From Paragordius varius (taxonomy: Eukaryota > Animalia > Nematomorpha): DNA of 64,000 nt. The first letter of the stretch is position 1, and the number at the start of each line of letters is the position of its first letter. The DNA lies in contig OZ176050.1 of the NCBI GenBank assembly GCA_964247055.1, positions 5,456,001-5,520,000 of the forward strand. The letters run 5' to 3'. Below the pieces are notes generated by a model that was not told the DNA's origin, did not search any database, and saw only the letters and a list, made by a program, of their open reading frames with translations. Made by a program: the position numbers and the translations under genes. Shown here piece by piece: positions 47,501-62,500 of this stretch.

Positions 47501-50500
47501 ATATTTGAATGGAAATATTTTGATTGTTGAGAAGTTACGGTTTATTGTTAGATATACTCATATTTGAATGGAAAATATAATTTGATTGTTGAGAAGTTAC
47601 GGTTGATTATTGGATATACTCTTATTTGATTGGAGAATATAATTTGATTGTTGAGAATTTACGGTTAATTATTGGATATACTCATATTTGAATGGAAATA
47701 ATTTGATTGTTGAGAAGTTACGGATGATTGTTGGATATACTTATTTTGAATGGAAAATATAATTTGATTGTTGAGAAGTTAGGGTTGATTATTGGAAATA
47801 CTCATATTTGAATGGAAAATATAATTTGATTGTTGAGAATTTACGGTTAATTATTGGATATACTCATATTTGAATGGAAATAATTTGATTGTTGAGAAGT
47901 TACGGATGATTGTTGGATATACTTATTTTGAATGGAAAATATAATTTGATTGTTGAGAAGTTAGGGTTGATTATTTGAAATACTCATATTTGAATGGAAA
48001 TAATTTGATTGTTGAGAAGTTATTGTTGATTGTTGGATATACTCATATTTGATTGGAAAATATAATTTGATTGTTTAGAAGTTACGGTTGATTATTGGAT
48101 ATACTCATATTTGAATGGAAAATTCAATTTGATTGTTGAGAAGTTACGGTTTATTGTTGGATATACTCATATTTTATTGGAAAATATAATATGATTGTTG
48201 AGAGGTTACGGTTGATTATTGGATATACTCATATTTGAGTGAAAAATATAATTTGATTGTTGAGAAGTTACGGTTAATTATTGAATATACTCATATTTGA
48301 ATGGAAAATATAATTTGATTGTTGAGAAGTTACGGTTGATTATTGGATATACTCTTATTTGATTGGAAAATATAATTTGATTGTTGAGAAGTTACGGTTT
48401 ATTTTTGGTAAAACTTATATTTGAATGGAAAATATAATTTGATTGTTGAGAAGTTACGGTTGATTATTGGAAATACTCATATTTGAATGGAAAATTCAAT
48501 TTGATTGTTGAGAAGTTACGGTTTATTGTTGGATATACTCATATTTGATTGGAGAATATAATTTGATTGTTGAGAGGTTACGGTTGATTGTTGGAAATAC
48601 TCATATTTGAATGGAAAATATAATTTGATTATTGAGAAGTTACGGTTTATTGTTGGATATACTCAAATTTGAATGGAAAATATAATTTGATTGTTGAGAA
48701 GTTACGGTTTATTGTTGGATATACTCATATTGAAAATATAATTTGATTGTTGAGAGGTTACGGTTGATTGTTGGAAATACTCATATTTGAATGAAAAATA
48801 TAATTTGATTGTTGAGAAGTTACGGTTTATTGTTGGATATACTCATATTTGATTGGAGAATATAATTTGATTGTTGAGAGGTTACGGTTGATTGTTGGAA
48901 ATACTCATATTTGAATGGAAAATATAATTTTATTGTTGAGAAGTTACGGTTGATTGTTGGAAATACTCATATTTGAGTGGAAAATATAATTAGTTGTTGA
49001 GAAGTTACGGTTTATTGTTGTTGGATATACTCATATTTGAATGGAAAATATAATTTGATTGTTGAGAAGTTACGGTTTATTGTTGGATATACTCATATTT
49101 GAATGAAAAATATAATTTGATTGTTGAGAAGTTACGGTTTATTGTTGTTGGATATACTCATATTTGAATGGAAAATATAATTTGATTGTTGAGAAGTTAC
49201 GGTTGATTGTTGGATATACTCATATTTGAATGAAAAATATAATTTGATTGTTGAGAAGTTACGGTTTATTGTTGGATATACTCTTATTTGATTGGAGAAT
49301 ATAATTTGATTGTTGAGAGGTTAGAGTTGATTGTTGGAAATACTCATATTTGAATGGAAAATATAATTTGATTGTTGAGAAGTTACGGTTAATTATTGGA
49401 TATACTCTTATTTGATTGGAGAATATAATTTGATTGTTGAGAGGTTAGAGTTGATTGTTGGAAATACTCATATTTGAATGGAAATAATTTGATTGTTGAG
49501 AAGTTACGGATGATTGTTGGATATACTCATATTTGAAGGGAAAATATATTTTGATTGTTGAGAAGTTACGGTTGATTATTGGAAATACTCATATTTGTAT
49601 GGAAAATATATAATTGATTGTTGAGAAGTTACGGTTGATTGTTGGATGTACTCATATTTGAAGGGAAAATATATTTTGATTGTTGAGAAGTTACGGTTGA
49701 TTATTGGAAATACTCATATTTGTATGGAAAATATATAATTGATTGTTGAGAAGTTACGGTTGATTGTTGGATATACTCTTATTTGATTGGAGAATATAAT
49801 TTGATTGTTGAGAGGTTAGAGTTGATTGTTGGAAATACTCATATTTGAATGAAAAATATAATTTGATTGTTGAGAAGTTACGGTTTATTGTTGGATATAC
49901 TCTTATTTGATTGGAGAATATAATTTGATTGTTGAGAGGTTAGAGTTGATTGTTGGAAATACTCATATTTGAATGGAAATAATTTGATTGTTGAGAAGTT
50001 ACGGATGATTGTTGGATATACTCATATTTGAAGGGAAAATATATTTTGATTGTTGAGAAGTTACGGTTGATTATTGGAAATACTCATATTTGTATGGAAA
50101 ATATATAATTGATTGTTGAGAAGTTACGGTTGATTGTTGGATGTACTCATATTTGAAGGGAAAATATATTTTGATTGTTGAGAAGTTACGGTTGATTATT
50201 GGAAATACTCATATTTGTATGGAAAATATATAATTGATTGTTGAGAAGTTACGGTTGATTGTTGGATATACTCATATTTGAGTGGAAAATATAATTTGAT
50301 TGTTGAGAAGTTACGGTTAATTATTGGATATACTCTTATTTGATTGGAGAATATAATTTGATTGTTGAGAGGTTAGAGTTGATTGTTGGAAATACTCATA
50401 TTTGAATGAAAAATATAATTTGATTGTTGAGAAGTTACGGTTTATTGTTGGATATACTCTTATTTGATTGGAGAATATAATTTGATTGTCTAGAGGTTAG

Positions 50501-53500
50501 AGTTGATTGTTGGAAATACTCATATTTGAATGGAAATAATTTGATTGTTGAGAAGTTACGGATGATTGTTGGATATACTCATATTTGAAGGGAAAATATA
50601 TTTTGATTGTTGAGAAGTTACGGTTGATTATTGGAAATACTCATATTTGTATGGAAAATATATAATTGATTGTTGAGAAGTTACGGTTGAATGTTGGATA
50701 TACTCATATTGAAAATATAATTTGATTGTTGAGAGGTTACGGTTGATTGTTGGAAATACTCATATTTGAATGAAAAATATAATTTGATTGTTGAGAGGTT
50801 ACGGTTGATTGTTGGAAATACTCATATTTGAATGGAAAATATAATTTGATTGTTGAGAGGTTACGGTTGATTGTTGGAAATACTCATATTTGAATGGAAA
50901 ATATAATTTGATTGTTGAGAAGTTACGGTTGATTGTTGGATATACTCATATTTGAGTGGAAAATATAATTTGATTGTTGAGAAGTTACGGTTGTTTGTTG
51001 GATATACTCATATTTGAATGGAAAATATAATTTGATTGTTGAGAAGTTACGGTGGATTGTTGGAAATACTCATATTTGAATGGAAAATATAATTTGATTG
51101 TTGAGAAGTTACGGTTGATTGTTGGATATACTCATATTTGAGTGGAAAATATAATTTGATTGTTGAGAAGTTACGGTTGTTTGTTGGATATACTCATATT
51201 TGAATGGAAAATATAATTTGTTTGTTGAGAAGTTACGGTTGAATGTTGGATATACTCATATTGAAAATATAATTTGATTGTTGAGAGGTTACGGTTGATT
51301 GTTGGATATACTCATATTTGAGTGGAAAATATAATTTGATTGTTGAGAAGTTACGGTTGTTTGTTGGATATACTCATATTTGAATGGAAAATATAATTTG
51401 ATTGTTGAGAAGTTACGGTGGATTGTTGGAAATACTCATATTTGAATGGAAAATATAATTTGATTGTTGAGAAGTTACGGTTGATTGTTGGATATACTCA
51501 TATTTGAGTGGAAAATATAATTTGATTGTTGAGAAGTTACGGTTGTTTGTTGGATATACTCATATTTGAATGGAAAATATAATTTGTTTGTTGAGAAGTT
51601 ACGGTTGAATGTTGGATATACTCATATTGAAAATATAATTTGATTGTTGAGAGGTTACGGTTGATTGTTGGATATACTCATATTTGAATGGAAAATATAA
51701 TTTGATTGTTGAGAAGTTACGGTGGATTGTTGGAAATACTCATATTTGAATGGAAAATATATTTTGATTGTTGAGAAGTTACGGTTGATTGTTGGAAATA
51801 CTCATATTTGATTGGAGAATATAATTTGATTGTTGAGAAGTTACGGATTATTGTTGGATATACTCATATTTGAGTGGAAAATATAATTTGATTGTTGAGA
51901 AGTTACGGTTGATTGTTGGATATACTCATATTTGATTAAAGAATATAATTTGATTGTTGAGAAGTTAGGGTTGATTGTTGGATATACTCATATTTGAATG
52001 GAAAATATAATTTGATTGTTGAGAAGTTACGGTTGATTGTTGGATATACTCATATTTGAATGGAAAATATAATTTGATTGTTGAGAAGTTACGGTTGATT
52101 GTTGGATATACTCATATTTGAAGGGAAAATATATTTTGATTGTTGAGAAGTTACGGTTGATTATTGGAAATACTCATATTTGTATGGAAAATATATAATT
52201 GATTGTTGAGAAGTTACGGTTGATTGTTGGATGTACTCATATTTGAAGGGAAAATATATTTTGATTGTTGAGAAGTTACGGTTGATTATTGGAAATACTC
52301 ATATTTGTATGGAAAATATATAATTGATTGTTGAGAAGTTACGGTTGATTGTTGGATATACTCATATTTGAGTGGAAAATATAATTTGATTGTTGAGAAG
52401 TTACGGTTGAATGTTGGATATACTCATATTGAAAATATAATTTGATTGTTGAGAGGTTACGGTTGATTGTTGGAAATACTCATATTTGAATGAAAAATAT
52501 AATTTGATTGTTGAGAGGTTACGGTTGATTGTTGGATATACTCATATTTGAATGGAAAATATAATTTGATTGTTGAGAAGTTACGGTTGATTGTTGGATA
52601 TACTCATATTTGAAGGGAAAATATATTTTGATTGTTGAGAAGTTACGGTTGATTATTGGAAATACTCATATTTGTATGGAAAATATATAATTGATTGTTG
52701 AGAAGTTACGGATTGTTGGATATACTCATATTTGAGTGGAAAATATAATTTGATTGTTGAGAAGTTACGGTTGAATGTTGGATATACTCATATTGAAAAT
52801 ATAATTTGATTGTTGAGAGGTTACGGTTAATTGTTGGAAATACTCATATTTGAATGAAAAATATAATTTGATTGTTGAGAGGTTACGGTTGATTGTTGGA
52901 TATACTCATATTTGAATGGAAAATATAATTTGATTGTTGAGAAGTTACGGTTGATTGTTGGATATACTCATATTTGAAGGGAAAATATATTTTGATTGTT
53001 GAGAAGTTACGGTTGATTATTGGAAATACTCATATTTGTATGGAAAATATATAATTGATTGTTGAGAAGTTACGGTTGATTGTTGGATGTACTCATATTT
53101 GAAGGGAAAATATATTTTGATTGTTGAGAAGTTACGGTTGATTATTGGAAATACTCATATTTGTATGGAAAATATATAATTGATTGTTGAGAAGTTACGG
53201 TTGATTGTTGGATATACTCATATTTGAGTGGAAAATATAATTTGATTGTTGAGAAGTTACGGTTGAATGTTGGATATACTCATATTGAAAATATAATTTG
53301 ATTGTTGAGAGGTTACGGTTGATTGTTGGAAATACTCATATTTGAATGAAAAATATAATTTGATTGTTGAGAGGTTACGGTTGATTGTTGGAAATACTCA
53401 TATTTGAATGGAAAATATAATTTGATTGTTGAGAGGTTACGGTTGATTGTTGGAAATACTCATATTTGAATGGAAAATATAATTTGATTGTTGAGAAGTT

Positions 53501-56500
53501 ACGGTTGATTGTTGGATATACTCATATTTGAGTGGAAAATATAATTTGATTGTTGAGAAGTTACGGTTGTTTGTTGGATATACTCATATTTGAATGGAAA
53601 ATATAATTTGTTTGTTGAGAAGTTACGGTTGAATGTTGGATATACTCATATTGAAAATATAATTTGATTGTTGAGAGGTTACGGTTGATTGTTGGAAATA
53701 CTCATATTTGAATGAAAAATATAATTTGATTGTTGATTACGGTTGATTGTTGGATATACTCATATTTGAATGGAAAATATAATTTGATTGTTGAGAAGTT
53801 ACGGTTGATTATTGGATATATTCATATTTGAATGGAAAATATAATTTGATTGTTGAGAAGTTACGGTTGATTGTTGGATATACTCATATTTGAGTGGAAA
53901 ATATAATTTGATTGTTGAGAAGTTACGGTTGATTGTTGGATATACTCATATTTGAATGGAAAATATATTTTGATTGTTGAGAAGTTACGGTTGATTATTG
54001 GAATAACTCATATTTGTATGGAAAATATATAATTGATTGTTGAGAAGTTACGGTTGATTGTTGGATATACTCATATTTGAGTGGAAAATATAATTTGTTG
54101 TTGAGAAGTTACGGTTTATTGTTGTTATATATACTCATATTTGAGTGAAAAATATAATTTGATTGTTGAGAAGTTACGGTTGATTATTGGATATATTCAT
54201 ATTTGAGTGGAAAATATAATTTGATTGTTGAGAAGTTACGGTTGATTATTGGATATATTCATATTTGAATGGAAAATATAATTTGATTGTTGAGAAGTTA
54301 CGGTTTATTGTTGGATATACTCATATTGAAAATATAATTTGATTGTTGAGAGGTTACGGTTGATTGTTGGAAATACTCATATTTGAATGAAAAATATAAT
54401 TTGATTGTTGATTACGGTTGATTGTTGGATATACTCATATTTGAATGGAAAATATAATTTGATTGTTGAGAAGTTAGGTTGATCGTTGGATATACTCATA
54501 TTTGAGTGGAAAATATAATTTGATTGTTGAGAAGTTACGGTTGATTGTTGGATGTACTCATATTTGAATGGAAAATATATTTTGATTGTTGAGAAGTTAC
54601 GGTTGATTATTGGAAATACTCATATTTGTATGGAAAATATAATTTGATTGTTGAGAAGTTACGGTTGATTGTTGGATATACTCATATTTGAAGGGAAAAT
54701 ATAATTTGATTGTTGAGAAGTTAGGGTTGATTGTTGGATATACTCATATTTGAATGGAAAATATAATTTGATTGTTGAGAAGTTACGGTTTATTGTTGGA
54801 TATACTCATATTTAAGTGGAAAATATAATTTCGAAAAAAGAAAGACTTTACTATAAAAGTTGAAAATTAAAATATATATTTTTTATATTTGTACGCATTT
54901 CAGCTTAATTTCTTTAATAAATTTCATAAATACAATGCGTAATTCTCTCAATTTTAATATAATTGGATTGTTGAGAAGTTACTGTTTATTGTTGTTGGAT
55001 ATACTCATATTTGAATGTAAAATATAATTTGATTGTTGAGAATTTACGGTTTATTGTTGGATATACTCATATTGAAAATATAATTTGATTGTTGAGAGGT
55101 TACGGTTGATTGTTGGAAATACTCATATTTGAATGGAAAATATAATTTGATTGTTGAGAAGTTACGGTACATTATTGGATATACTCATATTTGAGTGGAA
55201 AATATAATTTGATTGTTGAGAAGTTAGGGTTGATTATTGGATATACTCATATTTGAGTGGAAAATATAATTTGATTGTTGAGAAGTTACGGTACATTATT
55301 GGATATACTCATATTTGAATGGAAAATATAATTTGATTGTTGAGAAGTTACGGATTATTGTTGGATATACTCATATTGAAAATATAATTTGATTGTTGAG
55401 AGGTTACGGTTGATTGTTGGAAATACTCATATTTGAATGAAAAATATAATTTGATTGTTGAGAAGTTACGGTTTATTGTTGGATATACTCATATTTTAAT
55501 GAAAAATATAATTTGATTGTTGATTACGGTTGATTGTTGGATATACTCATATTGAAAATATAATTTGATTGTTGAGAGGTTACGGTTGATTGTTGGAAAT
55601 ACTCATATTTGAATGAAAAATATAATTTGATTGTTGAGAGGTTACGGTTGATTGTTGGAAATACTCATATTTGAATGGAAAATATAATTTGATTGTTGAG
55701 AGGTTACGGTTGATTGTTGGAAATACTCATATTTGAATGAAAAATATAATTTGATTGTTGATTACGGTTGATTGTTGGATATACTCATATTGAAAATATA
55801 ATTTGATTGTTGAGAGGTTACGGTTGATTGTTGGAAATACTCATATTTTAATGAAAAATATAATTTGATTGTTGATTACGGTTGATTGTTGGATATACTC
55901 ATATTGAAAATATAATTTGATTGTTGAGAGGTTACGGTTGATTGTTGGAAATACTCATATTTGAATGAAAAATATAATTTGATTGTTGAGAGGTTACGGT
56001 TGATTGTTGGAAATACTCATATTTGAATGGAAAATATAATTTGATTGTTGAGAGGTTACGGTTGATTGTTGGAAATACTCATATTTGAATGGAAAATATA
56101 ATTTGATTGTTGAGAAGTTACGGTTGATTGTTGGATATACTCATATTTGAGTGGAAAATATAATTTGATTGTTGAGAAGTTACGGTTGTTTGTTGGATAT
56201 ACTCATATTTGAATGGAAAATATAATTTGATTGTTGAGAAGTTACGGTTGATATTTGGATATACTCATATTGAAAATATAATTTGATTGTTGAGAGGTTA
56301 CGGTTAATTGTTGGAAATACTCATATTTGAATGAAAAATATAATTTGATTGTTGAGAGGTTACGGATGATTGTTGGATATACTCATATTTGAATGGAAAA
56401 TATAATTTGATTGTTGAGAAGTTACGGTTGATTGTTGGATGTACTCATATTTGAATGGAAAATATATTTTGATTGTTGAGAAGTTACGGTTGATTATTGG

Positions 56501-59500
56501 AAATACTCATATTTGTATGGAAAATATATAATTGATTGTTGAGAAGTTACGGTTGATTGTTGGATATACTCATATTTGAGTGGAAAATATAATTTGATTG
56601 TTGAGAAGTTACGGTTGTTTGTTGGATATACTCATATTTGAATGGAAAATATAATTTGATTGTTGAGAAGTTACGGTTGATATTTGGATATACTCATATT
56701 GAAAATATAATTTGATTGTTGAGAGGTTACGGTTAATTGTTGGAAATACTCATATTTGAATGAAAAATATAATTTGATTGTTGAGAGGTTACGGTTGTTT
56801 GTTGGATATACTCATATTTGAATGGAAAATATAATTTGATTGTTGAGAAGTTACGGTTGATATTTGGATATACTCATATTGAAAATATAATTTGATTGTT
56901 GAGAGGTTACGGTTAATTGTTGGAAATACTCATATTTGAGTGAAAAATATAATTTGATTGTTGAGAAGTTACGGTTGATTATTGGATATATTCATATTTG
57001 AGTGGAAAATATAATTTGATTGTTGAGAAGTTACGGTTGATTATTGGATATATTCATATTTGAATGGAAAATATAATTTGATTGTTGAGAGGTTACGGTT
57101 GATTGTTGGAAATACTCATATTTGAATGAAAAATATAATTTGATTGTTGAGAAGTTACGGTTGATTATTGGATATATTCATATTTGAATGGAAAATATAA
57201 TTTGATTGTTGAGAAGTTACGGTTGATTGTTGGATATACTCATATTTGAGTGGAAAATATAATTTGATTGTTGATTACGGTTGATTGTTGGATATACTCA
57301 TATTGAAAATATAATTTGATTGTTGAGAAGTTACGGTTGATTATTGGATATATTCATATTTGAATGGAAAATATAATTTGATTGTTGAGAAGTTACGGTT
57401 GATTGTTGGATATACTCATATTTGAGTGGAAAATATAATTTGATTGTTGAGAAGTTACGGTTGATTGTTGGATGTACTCATATTTGAATGGAAAATATAT
57501 TTTGATTGTTGAGAAGTTACGGTTGATTATTGGAAATACTCATATTTGTATGGAAAATATATAATTGATTGTTGAGAAGTTACGGTTGATTGTTGGATAT
57601 ACTCATATTTGAGTGGAAAATATAATTTGATTGTTGATTACGGTTGATTGTTGGATATATTCATATTTGAGTGGAAAATATAATTTGATTGTTGAGAAGT
57701 TACGGTTGATTATTGGATATACTCATATTGAAAATATAATTTGATTGTTGAGAGGTTACGGTTGATTGTTGGAAATACTCATATTTGAATGAAAAATATA
57801 ATTTGATTGTTGATTACGGTTGATTGTTGGATATACTCATATTTGAATGGAAAATATAATTTGATTGTTGAGAAGTTAGGTTGATCGTTGGATATACTCA
57901 TATTTGAGTGGAAAATATAATTTGATTGTTGAGAAGTTACGGTTGATTGTTGGATGTACTCATATTTGAATGGAAAATATATTTTGATTGTTGAGAAGTT
58001 ACGGTTGATTATTGGAAATACTCATATTTGTATGGAAAATATAATTTGATTGTTGAGAAGTTACGGTTGATTGTTGGATATACTCATATTTGAATGGAAA
58101 ATATAATTTGATTGTTGAGAAGTTAGGGTTGATTGTTGGATATACTCATATTTGAATGGAAAATATAATTTGATTGTTGAGAAGTTACGGTTTATTGTTG
58201 GATATACTCATATTTGAGTGGAAAATATAATTTCGAAAAAAGAAAGACTTTACTATAAAAGTTGAAAATTAAAATATATATTTTTTATATTTGTACGCAT
58301 TTCAGCTTAATTTCTTTAATAAATTTTATAAATACAATGCGTAATTCTCTCAATTTTAATATAATTTGATTGTTGAGAAGTTACGGTTGATTGTTGGATG
58401 TACTCATATTTGAATGGAAAATATATTTTGATTGTTGAGAAGTTACGGTTGATTATTGGAAATACTCATATTTGTATGGAAAATATAATTTGATTGTTGA
58501 GAAGTTACGGTTGATTGTTGGATATACTCATATTTGAATGGAAAATATAATTTGATTGTTGAGAAGTTACGGTTGATTATTGGAAATACTCATATTTGTA
58601 TGGAAAATATATAATTGATTGTTGAGAAGTTACGGTTGATTGTTGGATATACTCATATTTGAGTGGAAAATATAATTTGATTGTTGAGAAGTTACGGTTG
58701 TTTGTTGGATATACTCATATTTGAATGGAAAATATAATTTGATTGTTGAGAAGTTACGGTTGATATTTGGATATACTCATATTGAAAATATAATTTGATT
58801 GTTGAGAGGTTACGGTTAATTGTTGGAAATACTCATATTTGAATGAAAAATATAATTTGATTGTTGAGAGGTTACGGTTGTTTGTTGGATATACTCATAT
58901 TTGAATGGAAAATATAATTTGATTGTTGAGAAGTTACGGTTGATATTTGGATATACTCATATTGAAAATATAATTTGATTGTTGAGAAGTTACGGTTGAT
59001 TATTGGATATATTCATATTTGAATGGAAAATATAATTTGATTGTTGAGAAGTTACGGTTGATTATTGGATATATTCATATTTGAGTGGAAAATATAATTT
59101 GATTGTTGAGAAGTTACGGTTGATTATTGGATATATTCATATTTGAATGGAAAATATAATTTGATTGTTGAGAGGTTACGGTTGATTGTTGGAAATACTC
59201 ATATTTGAATGGAAAATATATAATTGATTGTTGAGAAGTTACGGTTGATTGTTGGATATACTCATATTTGAGTGGAAAATATAATTTGATTGTTGATTAC
59301 GGTTGATTGTTGGATATATTCATATTTGAGTGGAAAATATAATTTGATTGTTGAGAAGTTACGGTTGATTATTGGATATATTCATATTTGAATGGAAAAT
59401 ATAATTTGATTGTTGAGAAGTTACGGTTTATTGTTGGATATACTCATATTGAAAATATAATTTGATTGTTGAGAGGTTACGGTTGATTGTTGGAAATACT

Positions 59501-62500
59501 CATATTTGAATGAAAAATATAATTTGATTGTTGATTACGGTTGATTGTTGGATATACTCATATTTGAATGGAAAATATAATTTGATTGTTGAGAAGTTAG
59601 GTTGATCGTTGGATATACTCATATTTGAGTGGAAAATATAATTTGATTGTTGAGAAGTTACGGTTGATTGTTGGATGTACTCATATTTGAATGGAAAATA
59701 TATTTTGATTGTTGAGAAGTTACGGTTGATTATTGGAAATACTCATATTTGTATGGAAAATATAATTTGATTGTTGAGAAGTTACGGTTGATTGTTGGAT
59801 ATACTCATATTTGAATGGAAAATATAATTTGATTGTTGAGAAGTTAGGGTTGATTGTTGGATATACTCATATTTGAATGGAAAATATAATTTGATTGTTG
59901 AGAAGTTACGGTTTATTGTTGGATATACTCATATTTGAGTGGAAAATATAATTTTGAAAAAAGAAAGACTTTACTATAAAAGTTGAAAATTAAAATATAT
60001 ATTTTTTATATTTGTACGCATTTCAGCTTAATTTCTTTAATAAATTTTATAAATACAATGCGTAATTCTCTCAATTTTAATATAATTGGATTGTTGAGAA
60101 GTTACTGTTTATTGTTGTTGGATATACTCATATTTGAATGGAAAATATAATTTGATTGTTGAGAATTTACGGTTTATTGTTGGATATACTCATATTGAAA
60201 ATATAATTTGATTGTTGAGAGGTTACGGTTGATTGTTGGAAATACTCATATTTGAATGGAAAATATAATTTGATTGTTGAGAAGTTACGGTACATTATTG
60301 GATATACTCATATTTGAGTGGAAAATATAATTTGATTGTTGAGAAGTTAGGGTTGATTATTGGATATACTCATATTTGAGTGGAAAATATAATTTGATTG
60401 TTGAGAAGTTACGGTACATTATTGGATATACTCATATTTGAATGGAAAATATAATTTGATTGTTGAGAAGTTACGGTTTATTGTTGGATATACTCATATT
60501 GAAAATATAATTTGATTGTTGAGAGGTTACGGTTGATTGTTGGAAATACTCATATTTGAATGAAAAATATAATTTGATTGTTGAGAAGTTACGGTTTATT
60601 GTTGGATATACTCATATTTGATTGGAATATATAATTTGATTGTTGAGAAGTTACGGTTGATTATTGGATATACTCATATTTCAATGGAAAATATAATTTG
60701 ATTGTTGAGAAGTTACGGTTGATTATTGGATATAATCATATTTTAGTGGAAAATATAATTTCATAGTAGAGAAGTTACGGTTGATTGTTGGATATACTCA
60801 TATTTGAATGGAATCTATAATTTGATTGTTGAGAGGTTACGGTTGATTGTTGGATATACTCATATTGAAAATATAATTTGATTGTTGAGAAGTTACGGAT
60901 TATTGTAGGATATACTCATATTTGAGTGGAAAATATAATTTGATTGTTGAGAAGTTACGGTTGCTCATATTTGAGTGGAAAATATAATTTGATTGTTGAG
61001 AAGTTACGGTTTATTGTTGGATATACTCATATTTGAGTGGAAAATATAATTTCGAAAAAAGAAAGACTTTACTATAAAAGTCGAAAATAAAAATATATAT
61101 TTGTTATATTTGTACGCATTTCAGCTTAATTTCTTTAATAAATTTCATAAATACAATGCGTAATTCTCTCAATTTTAATATAATTGGATTGTTGAGAAGT
61201 TACGGTTGATTGTTGGCAATACTCATATTTGAGTGGAAAATATAATTTGTTGTTGAGAAGTTACGGTTTATTGTTGTTGGATATACTCATATTTGAATGG
61301 AAAATATAATTTGATTGTTGAGAAGTTACGGTTTATTGTTGGATATACTCATATTGAAAATATAATTTGATTGTTGAGAGGTTACGGTTGATTGTTGGAA
61401 ATACTCATATTTGAATGAAAAATATAATTTGATTGTTGAGAAGTTACGGATTATTGTTGGATATACTCATATTTTAGTGGAAAATATAATTTCGAAAAAA
61501 GAAAGACTTTACTATAAAAGTCGAAAATAAAAATATATATTTGTTATATTTGTACGCATTTCAGCTTAATTTCTTTAATAAATTTCATAAATACAATGCG
61601 TAATTCTCTCAATTTTAATATAATTGGATTGTTGAGAAGTTACGGTTGATTGTTGGCAATACTCATATTTGAGTGGAAAATATAATTTGTTGTTGAGAAG
61701 TTACGGTTTATTGTTGTTGGATATACTCATATTTGAATGGAAAATATAATTTGATTGTTGAGAAGTTACGGTTTATTGTTGGATATACTCATATTGAAAA
61801 TATAATTTGATTGTTGAGAGGTTACGGTTGATTGTTGGAAATACTCATATTTGAGTGGAAAATATAATTTGATTGTTGAGAAGTTACGGTTGCTCATATT
61901 TGAATGGAAAATATAATTTGATTGTTGAGAAGTTACGGTTGATTGTTGGATATACTCATATTTAAAATATAATTTGATTGTTGAGAGGTTACGGTTGATT
62001 GTTGGATATACTCATATTTGATTAAAGAATATAATTTGATTGTTGAGAAGTTAGGGTTGATTGTTGGATATACTCATATTTGAATGGAAAATATAATTTG
62101 ATTGTTGAGAAGTTACGGTTGATTGTTGGATATACTCATATTTGAATGGAAAATATAATTTGATTGTTGAGAAGTTACGGTTGATTGTTGGATATACTCA
62201 TATTGAAAATATAATTTGATTGTTGAGAGGTTACGGTTAATTGTTGGATATACTCATATTTGAATGAAAAATATAATTTGATTGTTGAGAGGTTACGGTT
62301 GATTGTTGGATATACTCATATTTGAATGGAAAATATAATTTGATTGTTGAGAAGTTACGGTTGATTGTTGGATATACTCATATTTGAGTGGAAAATATAA
62401 TTTGATTGTTGAGAAGTTACGGTTGATTGTTGGATGTACTCATATTTGAATGGAAAATATATTTTGATTGTTGAGAAGTTACGGTTGATTATTGGAAATA

